Shown: piece after piece, positions 21,501 through 30,700 of the stretch
Layout: each line of letters opens with the position of its first letter
Numbering within the stretch: position 1 is the stretch's first letter
Source: Dudresnaya verticillata
Lineage: Eukaryota
NCBI GenBank assembly: GCA_977862235.1
Contig: OZ374560.1
Coordinates: 868,001 to 932,000 of the forward strand
Direction: 5' to 3'
Length of the DNA stretch: 64,000 nt
Position numbers and translations under genes: made by a program
The notes under the pieces: model-generated
The model's input: only the letters and a program-made list of their open reading frames with translations
Databases searched by the model: none
Told to the model about the DNA's origin: nothing

Positions 21501-24500
21501 CGGGATAAAGCCGACAGCAGCGGGTAGTGCCGTAGGCTGAGGAAGTTGACGTGCCTGACCAAGAGTATTCTGCATCCCAAGACTTGGATGACGCATAGAA
21601 ATGCTCTCAACCCTTGGCGGCGCAGGTCTTCCAGGAGGGAGCCGGCTAGTAGAACCGCCTGCTACCGGTGGGTACCGGCTAGTAGAACCGCCCGCTACCG
21701 GTGGATACTTGAACTGCGGGCCAGCAGCAACGAAGTTCGTCTTTGCAAGGACAGGAGCGGTAGCGCGCTTCGCTTGCTGGGTACCAGTTACCTTCGCAGA
21801 AGCTTCGCAGTCTGCCAGTGCTTTTCTGGCAATCTCTGTCGCATACATAATGGTTGCAGCAAAGCGCCCGGCTGTGGTATGCGTCATTGCCATTCTGATG
21901 CTACGATTCAATGCAACCAAGACCCTCTTCTCTGCCTGCCATTCAATGTCGCGGAGAGGTGGTTCCCACAACTTGTAGTTCAGACGGGCTTCTTCAATTC
22001 CAGCATCATCCTCCGCTGCTATCCATGTTGTTTCTACACGTTCACCTTCCATGTCTTCCAAGAGGGACCGTCTTGCACTCATAATGCCCCCTGTACATTT
22101 TTTTAGGTAGGTGACAGCGTGTTCCATAGCGCTCTTTACGCAAGACTGAACCCACTTGTCTTGCTTCTCTGATGCCTTCTTAGGCGGCTCACTACGTCCC
22201 TCATCTTGTAAGAGCCAGACAGTTACAATTAGTGCCAGCAAGTCTGCAGCCTGTTTGTCCATCTGCTTCCCAAGTTGAGCAGGAAAATTCTTGAAGGTTT
22301 TCTTGGCCTGATCAGCCACACTAGGAATCTCCGCTTCGACGTCCATAACTTCAGCTACTGGCGTCAAATATCTTCGTCCAATGTGTGCGCGAGCGGGATG
22401 CGTGGGCGGTGCAGGAGGAGGCTTATACTTGTTGTTCGCTCGCGACAGGTTCTTCCTGTTCGCCCGCCCGCTATTCTTAATACTTGTTCGTTGTGGAAGA
22501 ACCTTCCCCTTCTTTGCAATACCAACTGGTTTATTCGGCGAAGCTTTCGGGACCTTCGATAGAGACCCTGCACGACTCTGTGTGGGGACCAGTTCGACTT
22601 CTGGCACCAAACCAGCCCGCGCTGAAGAGCCGGGTCGCCTATCAGATGTCAAGGAGACGGTTTTACCGTACTTCATCTTGGTTATCTTTTCCATCGCCTG
22701 CTCCTTCTCCTTCATCAGCACCTTCTCTCGCTCTTTCAGACGCTTCACTTCTGCAGCTAGGGAGTCTGCATGGGTCGAAAGATCAGCGACCTTTTTGCGA
22801 AGCTCTTCATCTGCCGCTTTAGCTTCCTTACTTCGAAATGTTTGATTGCCCGGTGTCCTCATCTTCGACGGTGCTTCTACGATTGGTTCATCATCCTCAC
22901 TGTCTCCCCTAGCAGCTTCCGGCGCCGTCGTTGCTGGAGCTGGGGTCGTTTCCTTCAAACTTGGGTCAGCATTTCTGAGTTCCGCCAATGTATCCTGGTC
23001 AAGGGCACTCAAAATCTTTCCACACTCGATTAGTCGCTCGTTCTGGAGCTCGTTCTGACGGCGCAACCTCGAAAACTGCCACTTCAACCGCTTTTCGCGA
23101 TCTTCAACAGTCTTTCTATATCTCTGGAAGAGAGAGAGGACCTGAGTTTTCCATGCACCCAGGTGACCGTTAATGTCTCGCTCTTCACGGGGGTCTCCAT
23201 TGCCATCATCATCATCATCGAGCGCACCATAAGACTGTTCCATTTGGCGCATGCGCTTGCGGCGCAGTTTTTCTGTAGTTGCCTGTAGCCTCTTCAAACC
23301 AGTGACCTGCTTCTCGATCTGGTCAATTGTATCGGTAATGCCGGCAGACTCCTCGATTGCCCACTTCCTCGCGACCAAACCAGCTACAGATACAATATCA
23401 GAGACTCGAGTTTTTGGCCTCCTCTTGTCATCATTCAATTCTACAGCTTCGGCATTATCTACATCGGCCTCATCTGGTGGTCCCAATGTTGCTAGCCCCC
23501 CCACAGAAAGCCCTGGCACTGAGGGGCTAGCCTCAGGGACAGTGGAGACAACTTGACCATCACATCTTCCAGTAGCTGCTGACTTTTCTGCCGGAGGGTG
23601 GTTCAGGGCCCGGTCTTCGATAGCTGGCCGAACTTCGTCATCCTGTGGCTCCCCACCATCTGGCCCCGTGACCAACGGCTGTTGGAGCTTACCAACAGGC
23701 CGCTGCGCAAGCGGGCGCGTCGGTGCCTGGTCCGCTGGAGCCTCTGCCGGTCGCTGAGGTTCCGTAACAGTTTTGCCCAAGGCCAGCGACTCTGTCGGAG
23801 GGCGGAGCATACGACGTACCATCTCTCCAACTCTGCCAGACCCAACAATTTCTTCATTAACCGCCTCTTTGGGCTCCGTTGAACCTTCCCGAAGTGCTGA
23901 CCGGCTTGCACGATTTGCATCTGCCGCAAGTGCGGATGGAGGCGGGGTCAATTCCAAGAAATCCATCCCAGCTGCACTCAAGGGAGGCAGTGCGACGTCA
24001 CCACCAGCCGTCCCTGACGGGGCAACCACATGAGAGTCTAACTGTAGGGGAGGCAACTCAGGCGATGCCGGTGACAAAGGTGCCCCTGGAGAGGCTGGAG
24101 AAAGAGGGGCTTCATAAAGCGGCGTCGATAGCTCGTCAGGGAGGAGATCAAATACGCTCGGCATTTTGGCAGGCATGCTCTTCCTCGAAGCTTTCATGTG
24201 CGTGGCTTGAGACGGAAGGGGGACGAAAACCGGCTCATCATCGTCCGCTGGACGCAAAGAGCTTGGACGGGTATCGGTACGACTAGGGCGGATATCTATT
24301 GCCTTTGGCGTGGGAGTCGCGTCCGTTCGAGTTGATTTCCGAGCCGGTTTAGGTTTCGCCTTTGTTCTCCTCGCTGCAGGCCGCAGATCGGGCTCGCCCT
24401 CATCAACATCATCGACTTCAACCTGCGTATTTGGAGGTAGCTTAGGCTTAGGGTTTTGGTAGTCCCATTTGCGAATAGTTAGATCCAAGAAGAACTCCTC

Positions 24501-26717
24501 AGTTCCATCTTCATATGTAATGTCATGGAAGATTTTCTGGCTCGTAGTGAGTACGCCCTTGACAACGCCAGGGTAAAACTTTCCGTCTACGTGCCACATC
24601 ATCATTACTTTCTCCCCGCGTTTTGGATACTTGGAAGGGTCCATTGGGGCTTCTTCGATCCGGGCTTGGGTCTCAGGATCCGAGGCCTCCCCATCACGAC
24701 CATCGATGTAGTTCCATTTACGAGTGGTCAGCTCAACGTAGTACTCCTTCTCAGCTGAATCGTAGGTAATATCGTAAAACTTCTTTCCCCGAAAGTTGAG
24801 GAGTTTGGCCACAACACCATCATAATAGATGTTGTCCACATGCCAAAGCACACGAATACGATCACCGATCTTTGGATATTTTCGCCTCCGCCTTGTGGGT
24901 CGAACCGGCGTTGGAGCTGGCTGAGAACGCGGCGCGGGCTCGGAATGGCGACGACGAGTCCGTCTTGGGCTTAACGCTTGGGAGCGGGTACGACGTCTGG
25001 TTGGTGAGGTGGCGTCGCGACGTGAAGATCGAGTACGAAGTGGTTGCTCCCCTGGTTCTGGATCGGCATCTGCCAAGAGATCTAGAACTTGATCCTCCAC
25101 CTCTTCCTCGGCAGGGTCTGCTTCGGGTTCCTCATCCAGCTCGGCATCAGGATCCTTCAACTTGTCATCGCTATCGTCTTCCGCTTCTCCACTAGGCAAG
25201 TCTTGCATCTCGACATCCTCATCACTCTTCTTCGACTGGATCAGCGAAGCAGGTTTTCCAGCCACGGGTTCATCAGGCGGAGTGGACGTGGGCATAACAG
25301 GCGCGGGTGACGACGAGGTCGGCTTCCTCTTTCGTGTGATTACTTCAGTAGCTTCGTCGTCTTCCTCGTCGGCATCGAAATCGATTCGTGCCTTACGGGT
25401 TGGTGGCCCCTTGCGCTTATCGAGCACGGAACGTACCTTTCCTTGGGGCCGGACGAGAGGATACCTTGCTCCTGTACCAGGGCCAGTAGTACGTTCCGGC
25501 TCGGGAGGCTTATCGCTGTTCGACTGTTGTGCTGGCGCCTGCTCTCTCTCCCGTTCTGCGTCCTTCTCCGACTCACGGGTGGGCTGCACCGGTTTTGAAA
25601 TCGCAGAAGGGGGTGAATCGTGATCACGGTCCTTTGGAGAAGGCGGTTTGTCCGCGTCCTTCGCGGCATTGTCATTATCTGCTTTTGACACCTCGCTGTG
25701 CAACTTGGGCTGCGGCGGATCCGTTGTCGGCGGACCAGCCTTTTCAGAATCAGTCTGAGGTTCGGCGTGGTCTGCAGCAGCTTTTCGAGGTATACTGGCG
25801 GGGTCTGCTCGAGTAGGAATCGTAATTCGCTTCTCCTCACCAGCAACCCGCTGGCCCTTTGCAGGCTGTTCGACGTCCGCGGGTGGTTTGCCCCTCACAG
25901 GGGTCTTCTCAGGTACTGGGTCCTTGGGTCCGCTCTCGCCTGGCTTGGGCTTCTTCCCCTTGACGGTAGACTCATCCGCAGGGTCGGCCTTCTCGCGTGG
26001 CTTGGGCTCCTTTGCAGGGCGCAGGCGGCTCTCCGCAGGGGAGTCGCTATCTGGGGCGGAACTGCCAACTGCCGAATCGCGGCTCTCAACGTGCGGTGCG
26101 GGGTCGTTTGGCTTTGCAAGCGGAGCAGTGGCTTTGGGGGTTTCCGGAATGGGCTTTCTGGCGGGCTCAGCGCGGCCATTACCCTTCGGCGTGTCCAGCT
26201 GGGCGAATCGCACCGAGCGGCGCGGAATGTCAGGCTTCTTCTTCGTCGGAGCTGGGGCTGGGGTCTTGTTCGCTGGACTGGTGGAATCGTTCTGCTGGTC
26301 GTCGTCGTGGTCGGCGGGGTCAACATCGTGCATATCCAGGTGGTCGTTGAGCGGGGTGGGTGGCGGGGCGGGGACGGCGAGCTTGGGCTGGGCGGCGGGG
26401 CGCGGGGGTTTCTTCTTGCGACGGGTGGGGAGCGGCGGGGGCGGTGCGATGGGGGTGGGGCGGCCTGCGGAGCGGGTGCGGGGCGGAGGCGAGGGGCGCG
26501 TGGAGGCGCGGGTGCGGGGCGGGGACGGCGGGGGCGCGGGCGCGGGGGCCGGCGGGGACTGCGGGCGGTCTGCCGTGACGCCCGGCGGGGGCGTGGGCGG
26601 GACCGGAGCGAGGTCGGAGGGGGTAGGCGGGAGCATGTCGTTGTGCGGAGTGGGCGGTGGTGGGGGGGAGGGGGGGTTGTCGTCGGCTCCCAAGGCTGGC
26701 GGGTGACGCGCTGCCAT
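18585..26717 (-). CDS. Very large (~2710 aa) intronless, mostly disordered protein with tandem Tudor-like domains, coiled coils and an unrecognised helical domain
   Basis: 8.1-kb open frame from ATG 26717. Two Tudor-like repeats: IGDRIRVLWHVDNIYYDGVV...YDITYD (24705-24881) and RGEKVMMMWHVDGKFYPGVV...HDITYEDG (~24457-24632). Confidence 0.85.
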   Translation of the reverse strand: MAARHPPALGADDNPPSPPPPPTPHNDMLPPTPSDLAPVPPTPPPGVTADRPQSPPAPAPAPPPSPPRTRASTRPSPPPRTRSAGRPTPIAPPPPLPTRRKKKPPRPAAQPKLAVPAPPPTPLNDHLDMHDVDPADHDDDQQNDSTSPANKTPAPAPTKKKPDIPRRSVRFAQLDTPKGNGRAEPARKPIPETPKATAPLAKPNDPAPHVESRDSAVGSSAPDSDSPAESRLRPAKEPKPREKADPADESTVKGKKPKPGESGPKDPVPEKTPVRGKPPADVEQPAKGQRVAGEEKRITIPTRADPASIPRKAAADHAEPQTDSEKAGPPTTDPPQPKLHSEVSKADNDNAAKDADKPPSPKDRDHDSPPSAISKPVQPTRESEKDAEREREQAPAQQSNSDKPPEPERTTGPGTGARYPLVRPQGKVRSVLDKRKGPPTRKARIDFDADEEDDEATEVITRKRKPTSSSPAPVMPTSTPPDEPVAGKPASLIQSKKSDEDVEMQDLPSGEAEDDSDDKLKDPDAELDEEPEADPAEEEVEDQVLDLLADADPEPGEQPLRTRSSRRDATSPTRRRTRSQALSPRRTRRRHSEPAPRSQPAPTPVRPTRRRRKYPKIGDRIRVLWHVDNIYYDGVVAKLLNFRGKKFYDITYDSAEKEYYVELTTRKWNYIDGRDGEASDPETQARIEEAPMDPSKYPKRGEKVMMMWHVDGKFYPGVVKGVLTTSQKIFHDITYEDGTEEFFLDLTIRKWDYQNPKPKLPPNTQVEVDDVDEGEPDLRPAARRTKAKPKPARKSTRTDATPTPKAIDIRPSRTDTRPSSLRPADDDEPVFVPLPSQATHMKASRKSMPAKMPSVFDLLPDELSTPLYEAPLSPASPGAPLSPASPELPPLQLDSHVVAPSGTAGGDVALPPLSAAGMDFLELTPPPSALAADANRASRSALREGSTEPKEAVNEEIVGSGRVGEMVRRMLRPPTESLALGKTVTEPQRPAEAPADQAPTRPLAQRPVGKLQQPLVTGPDGGEPQDDEVRPAIEDRALNHPPAEKSAATGRCDGQVVSTVPEASPSVPGLSVGGLATLGPPDEADVDNAEAVELNDDKRRPKTRVSDIVSVAGLVARKWAIEESAGITDTIDQIEKQVTGLKRLQATTEKLRRKRMRQMEQSYGALDDDDDGNGDPREERDINGHLGAWKTQVLSLFQRYRKTVEDREKRLKWQFSRLRRQNELQNERLIECGKILSALDQDTLAELRNADPSLKETTPAPATTAPEAARGDSEDDEPIVEAPSKMRTPGNQTFRSKEAKAADEELRKKVADLSTHADSLAAEVKRLKEREKVLMKEKEQAMEKITKMKYGKTVSLTSDRRPGSSARAGLVPEVELVPTQSRAGSLSKVPKASPNKPVGIAKKGKVLPQRTSIKNSGRANRKNLSRANNKYKPPPAPPTHPARAHIGRRYLTPVAEVMDVEAEIPSVADQAKKTFKNFPAQLGKQMDKQAADLLALIVTVWLLQDEGRSEPPKKASEKQDKWVQSCVKSAMEHAVTYLKKCTGGIMSARRSLLEDMEGERVETTWIAAEDDAGIEEARLNYKLWEPPLRDIEWQAEKRVLVALNRSIRMAMTHTTAGRFAATIMYATEIARKALADCEASAKVTGTQQAKRATAPVLAKTNFVAAGPQFKYPPVAGGSTSRYPPVAGGSTSRLPPGRPAPPRVESISMRHPSLGMQNTLGQARQLPQPTALPAAVGFIPQRQQSVSNQALGTAVMMPVQAGDVAKLSKAIGPTKTVITVGDQGQNPRMAPQAPKDKALVQLPAHNSSKLVSVPQSDNASKPVRAPQGVTAIGVGAKEVLPKQDGSRKSDGQPPPKTVQKVTFQELEASVDKALSGGEMEDVVLKKSVIKALTSSRTGKRRSQATSANGKKSQKSQPTVPTSVVRGTIGKVGTKKSNISVGGDATPKQTTAVATGSSKTLESNAPSKGSKDPPATERTDRVPSTGAVLLKDNASKSTQQGQAPISPKPTAPATAVAKKPAQSANDVSAAPSGNKAKEAVSTSKLVATEGTGRLQVDGSEGRVADVSMKSTGKSAAAEPSRKPQVPAPQASTVEVEKSAGIQTGTLQSVVPAAPEGSVKSTAPAKKPERELPKASSNDDLIPSKGSRQVDPPMTASLPSAVLPSSQVSVPASTSLPSAAVSSGLPASKQPSTVLAQPQNSAPAVSQPVAKAPAPVPAARVTASNKRKSSGLGGGEKSKRRTGTRGQQSKERTQTRRSATAKNAGRKSDANGQQQEKHPSPNPATAAPTGEGSGRQATVSAMPPQSILNASSLEGLPAPPRINRTYLNTRKPQVGAAQHSEAQMSLKSVPFRQSMPMPSMRQDAPTFQDAQEAIERGAMPDVGGLGRMAPGAQIERMDTSLAKASDPLSKMSILTSAAEASALLPPQNTVGMPQSERHPLVRTSPSPPSRPRRTSQNTLYQAAAKKRQVGFKSIPAPPRKNHTSPFESRVASSLPYTPFNPSASARASASADYTRPSSSNDFSTSAGAPVPDPYRERVHNEGAGNVLGDGDGAYGNYGGTGNERQPDLTHVDLMNPPTPSSFPALEGYINLQDGAVGLKRLGGEERQSLPATPSDQPFGGGLNSPINFDRSSYAAPDPFSSAPSSSRNPYQSATILPTGTGGSSSALNHLMNPQQQQQQEQQRRDDSYGGSSAYGGFPVTRAFQPRHYSRGSR
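21642..21707. repeat. 33-nt in-frame tandem duplication (YPPVAGGSTSR x2)
   Basis: ccggctagtagaaccgcc(t/c)gctaccggtgg(g/a)ta twice. Confidence 0.8.
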
Positions 26718-27705
26718 AGTGGTGGGGAGGGCGGGAGGTGTCGGCCGTCGCGCGGGGCGGGTTGGGGGCGTGCGGGGCAGGGCGGGGCGCACGGTCGAGG
26801 AGTCGGGCGGGGCGCGGGGCGGGGCGGAGGAGGTGCGCGGCGGGGGCGCTTGCGCGGGGCGACGGAGGTCAGAGGGCCGCGCGTGGGGGCCGCTGCCCTC
26901 TTTTTCGGTTTTGGAAAAAAGCGCGGAAAGCGCGCGGCGTGGCGTGGCGTGGCGCGGGCGGCTTGGCGCGAAGCGCAGCGTTTGGGCTTGGAACTTGGAA
27001 ACATCTTACAGTGTTCTCTGGCTTCAGCTGAGTGCTTGCCAAAGTGAGATTTTCAACGTGTACACTTGTACGGGCAATATTTATTAGACATTCATGTTTT
27101 TCAGACGCCCAGTATCCCACGTACGACAGCACTGACAACAACGACAACGTTGACAGCGTTTACACCACTAAACGGATCTGCTGGGCAGCAGGTCCTGTTT
27201 TTATGGCCCGGCACAAAGTACATGCGATGCGAGGCATGATGAGCGGAATAGCACTCGAGAGGCCGCGTCCACGTGTCCACGCGGCGGCGCCGTCGCGCCG
27301 CGGCTTTCGGTCGGTCGCCTGTCTCTCCAGACACACTGCACAGCACACAGCACCGTCGGTTCGCGCCGAGCACGCACTGCCGCGCGCGCCCTTCTGTCGC
27401 CTGCGCTCCGCTTCGCGCGTCGCAGCCGCCCCCCGCCCCCCGCGCTCCGCTCCGCTCCGCTCCGCTCCCGCTCCGCTCCCGCTCCCCTCTTCTGCCACAT
27501 TGCGCGGCCCGCACCAGCCCCCCTCGCCACCCCTCCTCCACCAGCGCCACCGCGTCGCCCACCCATCCCCTGCCGTTCTGTCCGCCCGCCCCCCGCCGTT
27601 CTGCCCACCCACCCCCCTGCCCACCCCTGCCCACCCCTGCCCACCCCTCCCCCCCTGCCCACCCGCCCCTGCCCTCCCTCCCCTCGGCGACCTGTCCGGT
27701 CCACC

Positions 27706-30700
27706 ATGCCGCCGCCGCGCCGAGCCGCCGCCCACAACTCGCACCTGCTCTCGCACGTGCGCCTGGGCGACGAGATCGAGGTGTGGTGGCCGTACGACAG
27801 TGAGTACTACCCCGGCGTCGTCGCCGCCCTGCTCCCGACCGGCCGCCACCGCATCCACTACAACGATGGCGAGGTCGAGGAGCTCCAGCTCTCCACCGAG
27901 CAGTGGCGCTTTCGTGGCGCCGCTGCCTCGCGCGTCACAAAGGCCCTGGTCGTCCCGCGCCCCACCTCGGCCCCGCCGCTGGATGCCCCATCCCCCGACA
28001 GTGCTCCCGTCCCGCCCGCGCCCGCGCCCGCCCCCAACCCACCGACCTCGGCCTCGGCCTCCTCGTCCGACCGCCACGCCCACCGTGCTCCGCAGCCCCC
28101 CACTCCGACCCCGGCCTCGGCCGCCCGCCCTTCTTCCCAGCCCGCGTCGTCCTCAAGTAGCAGACCTGTCAAGACGACCACCGTCAAGAAGAGCCGTCCG
28201 TGCTCCCCCAGGAGAAAATCCGCCCCGCCGCAGGACCCCCAGCTCCCTAAGCAGCCCCCGCTCCCACACAAGGGCAAGGCGCTTGCGCGAGCCCCTGCCT
28301 CATCCTCTGCCGCGGCTAACCCGCGTCGTGCCTCGGCTCCGACCGATGCTCCATTTAAGGGTCCCGCCCCCGGGAAGGAGCCCCCGCCCACACGCCCGTC
28401 TGGGAGCAAGCCTGCGGTAGCCGACGTTGTCGTCGTCGACGTTGATGCTATTCGTGACTCGTCCCCAACCCCGGCTCAGCCTGTTGGCAAAATCGCCCCA
28501 AAGGTCTCAACTCCCTCTGCTGGAAAGCTCGCAGAAGCCCTCGTGAAGAAGGGCGGCTCTATCCCTGTCAAGCACATCGCTGAGCCTATGGTAAAGGAGC
28601 CTGACTCCGCGAAGAAGCCTGACTCCGCGAAGAAGCCTGACTCCGCGAAGAAGCCTGACTCTGCGAAGAAGCCTGACTCTGCGAAGAAGCCTGACTCTGC
28701 GAAGAAGCCTGACTCTGCGAAGAAGCCTGACTCTTCGAAGAAGCCTGATGCTCCGGCGAAACAGCCCAATGCAGCCCAGCCCGACAAGCAGGATCCACCC
28801 ACCAAGAAAATTGGCCCGTCCGCTTCAGCGCCTTCCGCTGCCGCTACGACTGTTGCTGCTGCTGCCACTACAACTGTTTCGGCCGCCACTGCGCGCACTG
28901 GCCATCCCCCTACACATCCTGCTGCTGCTCCTACTGCTCCTGCTAGCAAGCCCGCGAATAAGAAGCCTACCGCCGCTGTGGGTAAGCCGACTGTTGCGAG
29001 TCCGGTCAAGTCGACTGTTGCCAGTAGTGAAAAGCCTGCCGATGCGACCCTGAAGAAGAAGCAAGATGCTCATCTGATGCCCGATAAGCCCCGCGACACG
29101 CGTGACCTCACTACCCAGAGCCGTGAACTTTCGGCAAAGACACGTGCCGTTTTGGACAAGGTTGCCCAAATGAAAAAGCAAGCCCCAATCCGAGACAACA
29201 GTCTTCAAGCTTCTGGGAAGGGTGACATACCCACCCCAGCCAAGACTGCTTCTGTCGCTGCGGACAAGCAAGGAAAATGCAGTCTTCAAAAGAGCCCGCC
29301 AACCTCACGCGCTGTTTCGGGTCACGCTGCCCGAGCGCAAAAGAAAAAGCAGCCTCCAACTTCTAGTAGCCACCCAGGTCAGGCCGACCCGACGCGTTCG
29401 ACGTCAATGGATAATCTCCCTGGAGTGCCGCGTCGCCCGGCTTCGCAGTCAGTCGGCAAGCCAACTGCAGGTGGGACTAAATATAGCCTGGTGAGGCGTT
29501 CAAGCTCCGACAAGTTCTGTCCTCGTCTAGGTGGCGCGCCTGGCATGATGCTTTCAAACCGTATGTCGAACGGTTCTGCTAATGATAGCTTCCCTGGCAT
29601 GTCGCCTGGCCTGCGATCCCCGATTGTCTCTGACCCCACAGGCAGAGCTCCAGTCCCATCTGGTTCTCCACTTCAGAATTCTGGGGGACCTCGGCCACTG
29701 CTTCGCAGCGTCCCATTGAACAAACCAGGGAAAAGAGCATCGCAAGAGGCCGCTCCTGAAGCACCTGCTCCACCCTCGCTTACTGGTGCACAAAAAATTC
29801 AAGGCATTGCGAATGCGAAGCCCATACCAGTAAGGGCCGAAACCCCCGCGCGAAACCCCGTGAATGGCCAGCACACTAATGCAAATGCCGCGAACACGCA
29901 AAGAGATCCGAGAGGCAAGGTGGGGACTCCAGGAAAGGTTTCTTCGGTCTCGGGAACACCTGGGGCGGCTGGAAATGATGGGAAGGGCCAAGCAACGAAG
30001 ACTACGCTGTTGTCGGACAAGAACAGGAGGACTGAGAAGAAGGCATCTCGGAACGGAGATGAGGCACAAACTTCACCCCAAGGTATTTTAATGCCAGAGA
30101 CTCGTTCAGAAACGCTTCCAACTGCCCAGGGACAGAAGCTTCCCACAATAACGGGTAAGCGCCCTAACAGTGAAGCTCCTGAGCTGGGCAAGAAGCGCCA
30201 GCGCATCGAAGGTAAGAGTGCCCCTACACGCGTACTGGGCGGTGCCGCTGTGCTTCCGAATGAAATCGGGTCTGGGACTGGAATCACCGCAAAAGTTCCA
30301 GCAGGCAGTAATGGACTTGCCAGTGTTGGTCCGCAGTTTACATCAGCAAAGGGAACTTCTGCGCGTGAAGTTGAAAAGCTTTCGATCACTAAGTCAGCAT
30401 CTGCATCAGGCCATGCGAAGTCTATCAGAGCGCACCCAGTGACAGATGGCAGCAAAGAACAAAGGACTTCCTTTGGAAACGTGCGCTCTCGACAAGAGAT
30501 GCCATCGAAGGCTGCTGATACCCCTTTAGCGAGTGGAAAGAAACCACGACCGCCAAACGCTGCGACACCAGTACAGGCTAAGGGCCCGGGTGCACTGAGC
30601 CGAAATGCACAAGTGCAAAAGCCACCTCAGCTTACGGATTTAGCTCGCACAGGGAATGATTCAGCAGCAAAGAGACCTCGTACAGGAGATCTTTTACCGC

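Noticed and set aside
28600..28743. Regular repeats as a possible CRISPR array (also 57233-57533 and 63659-63765)
   Set aside because: Head-to-tail repeats without an array of unique spacers, no cas genes, eukaryotic context
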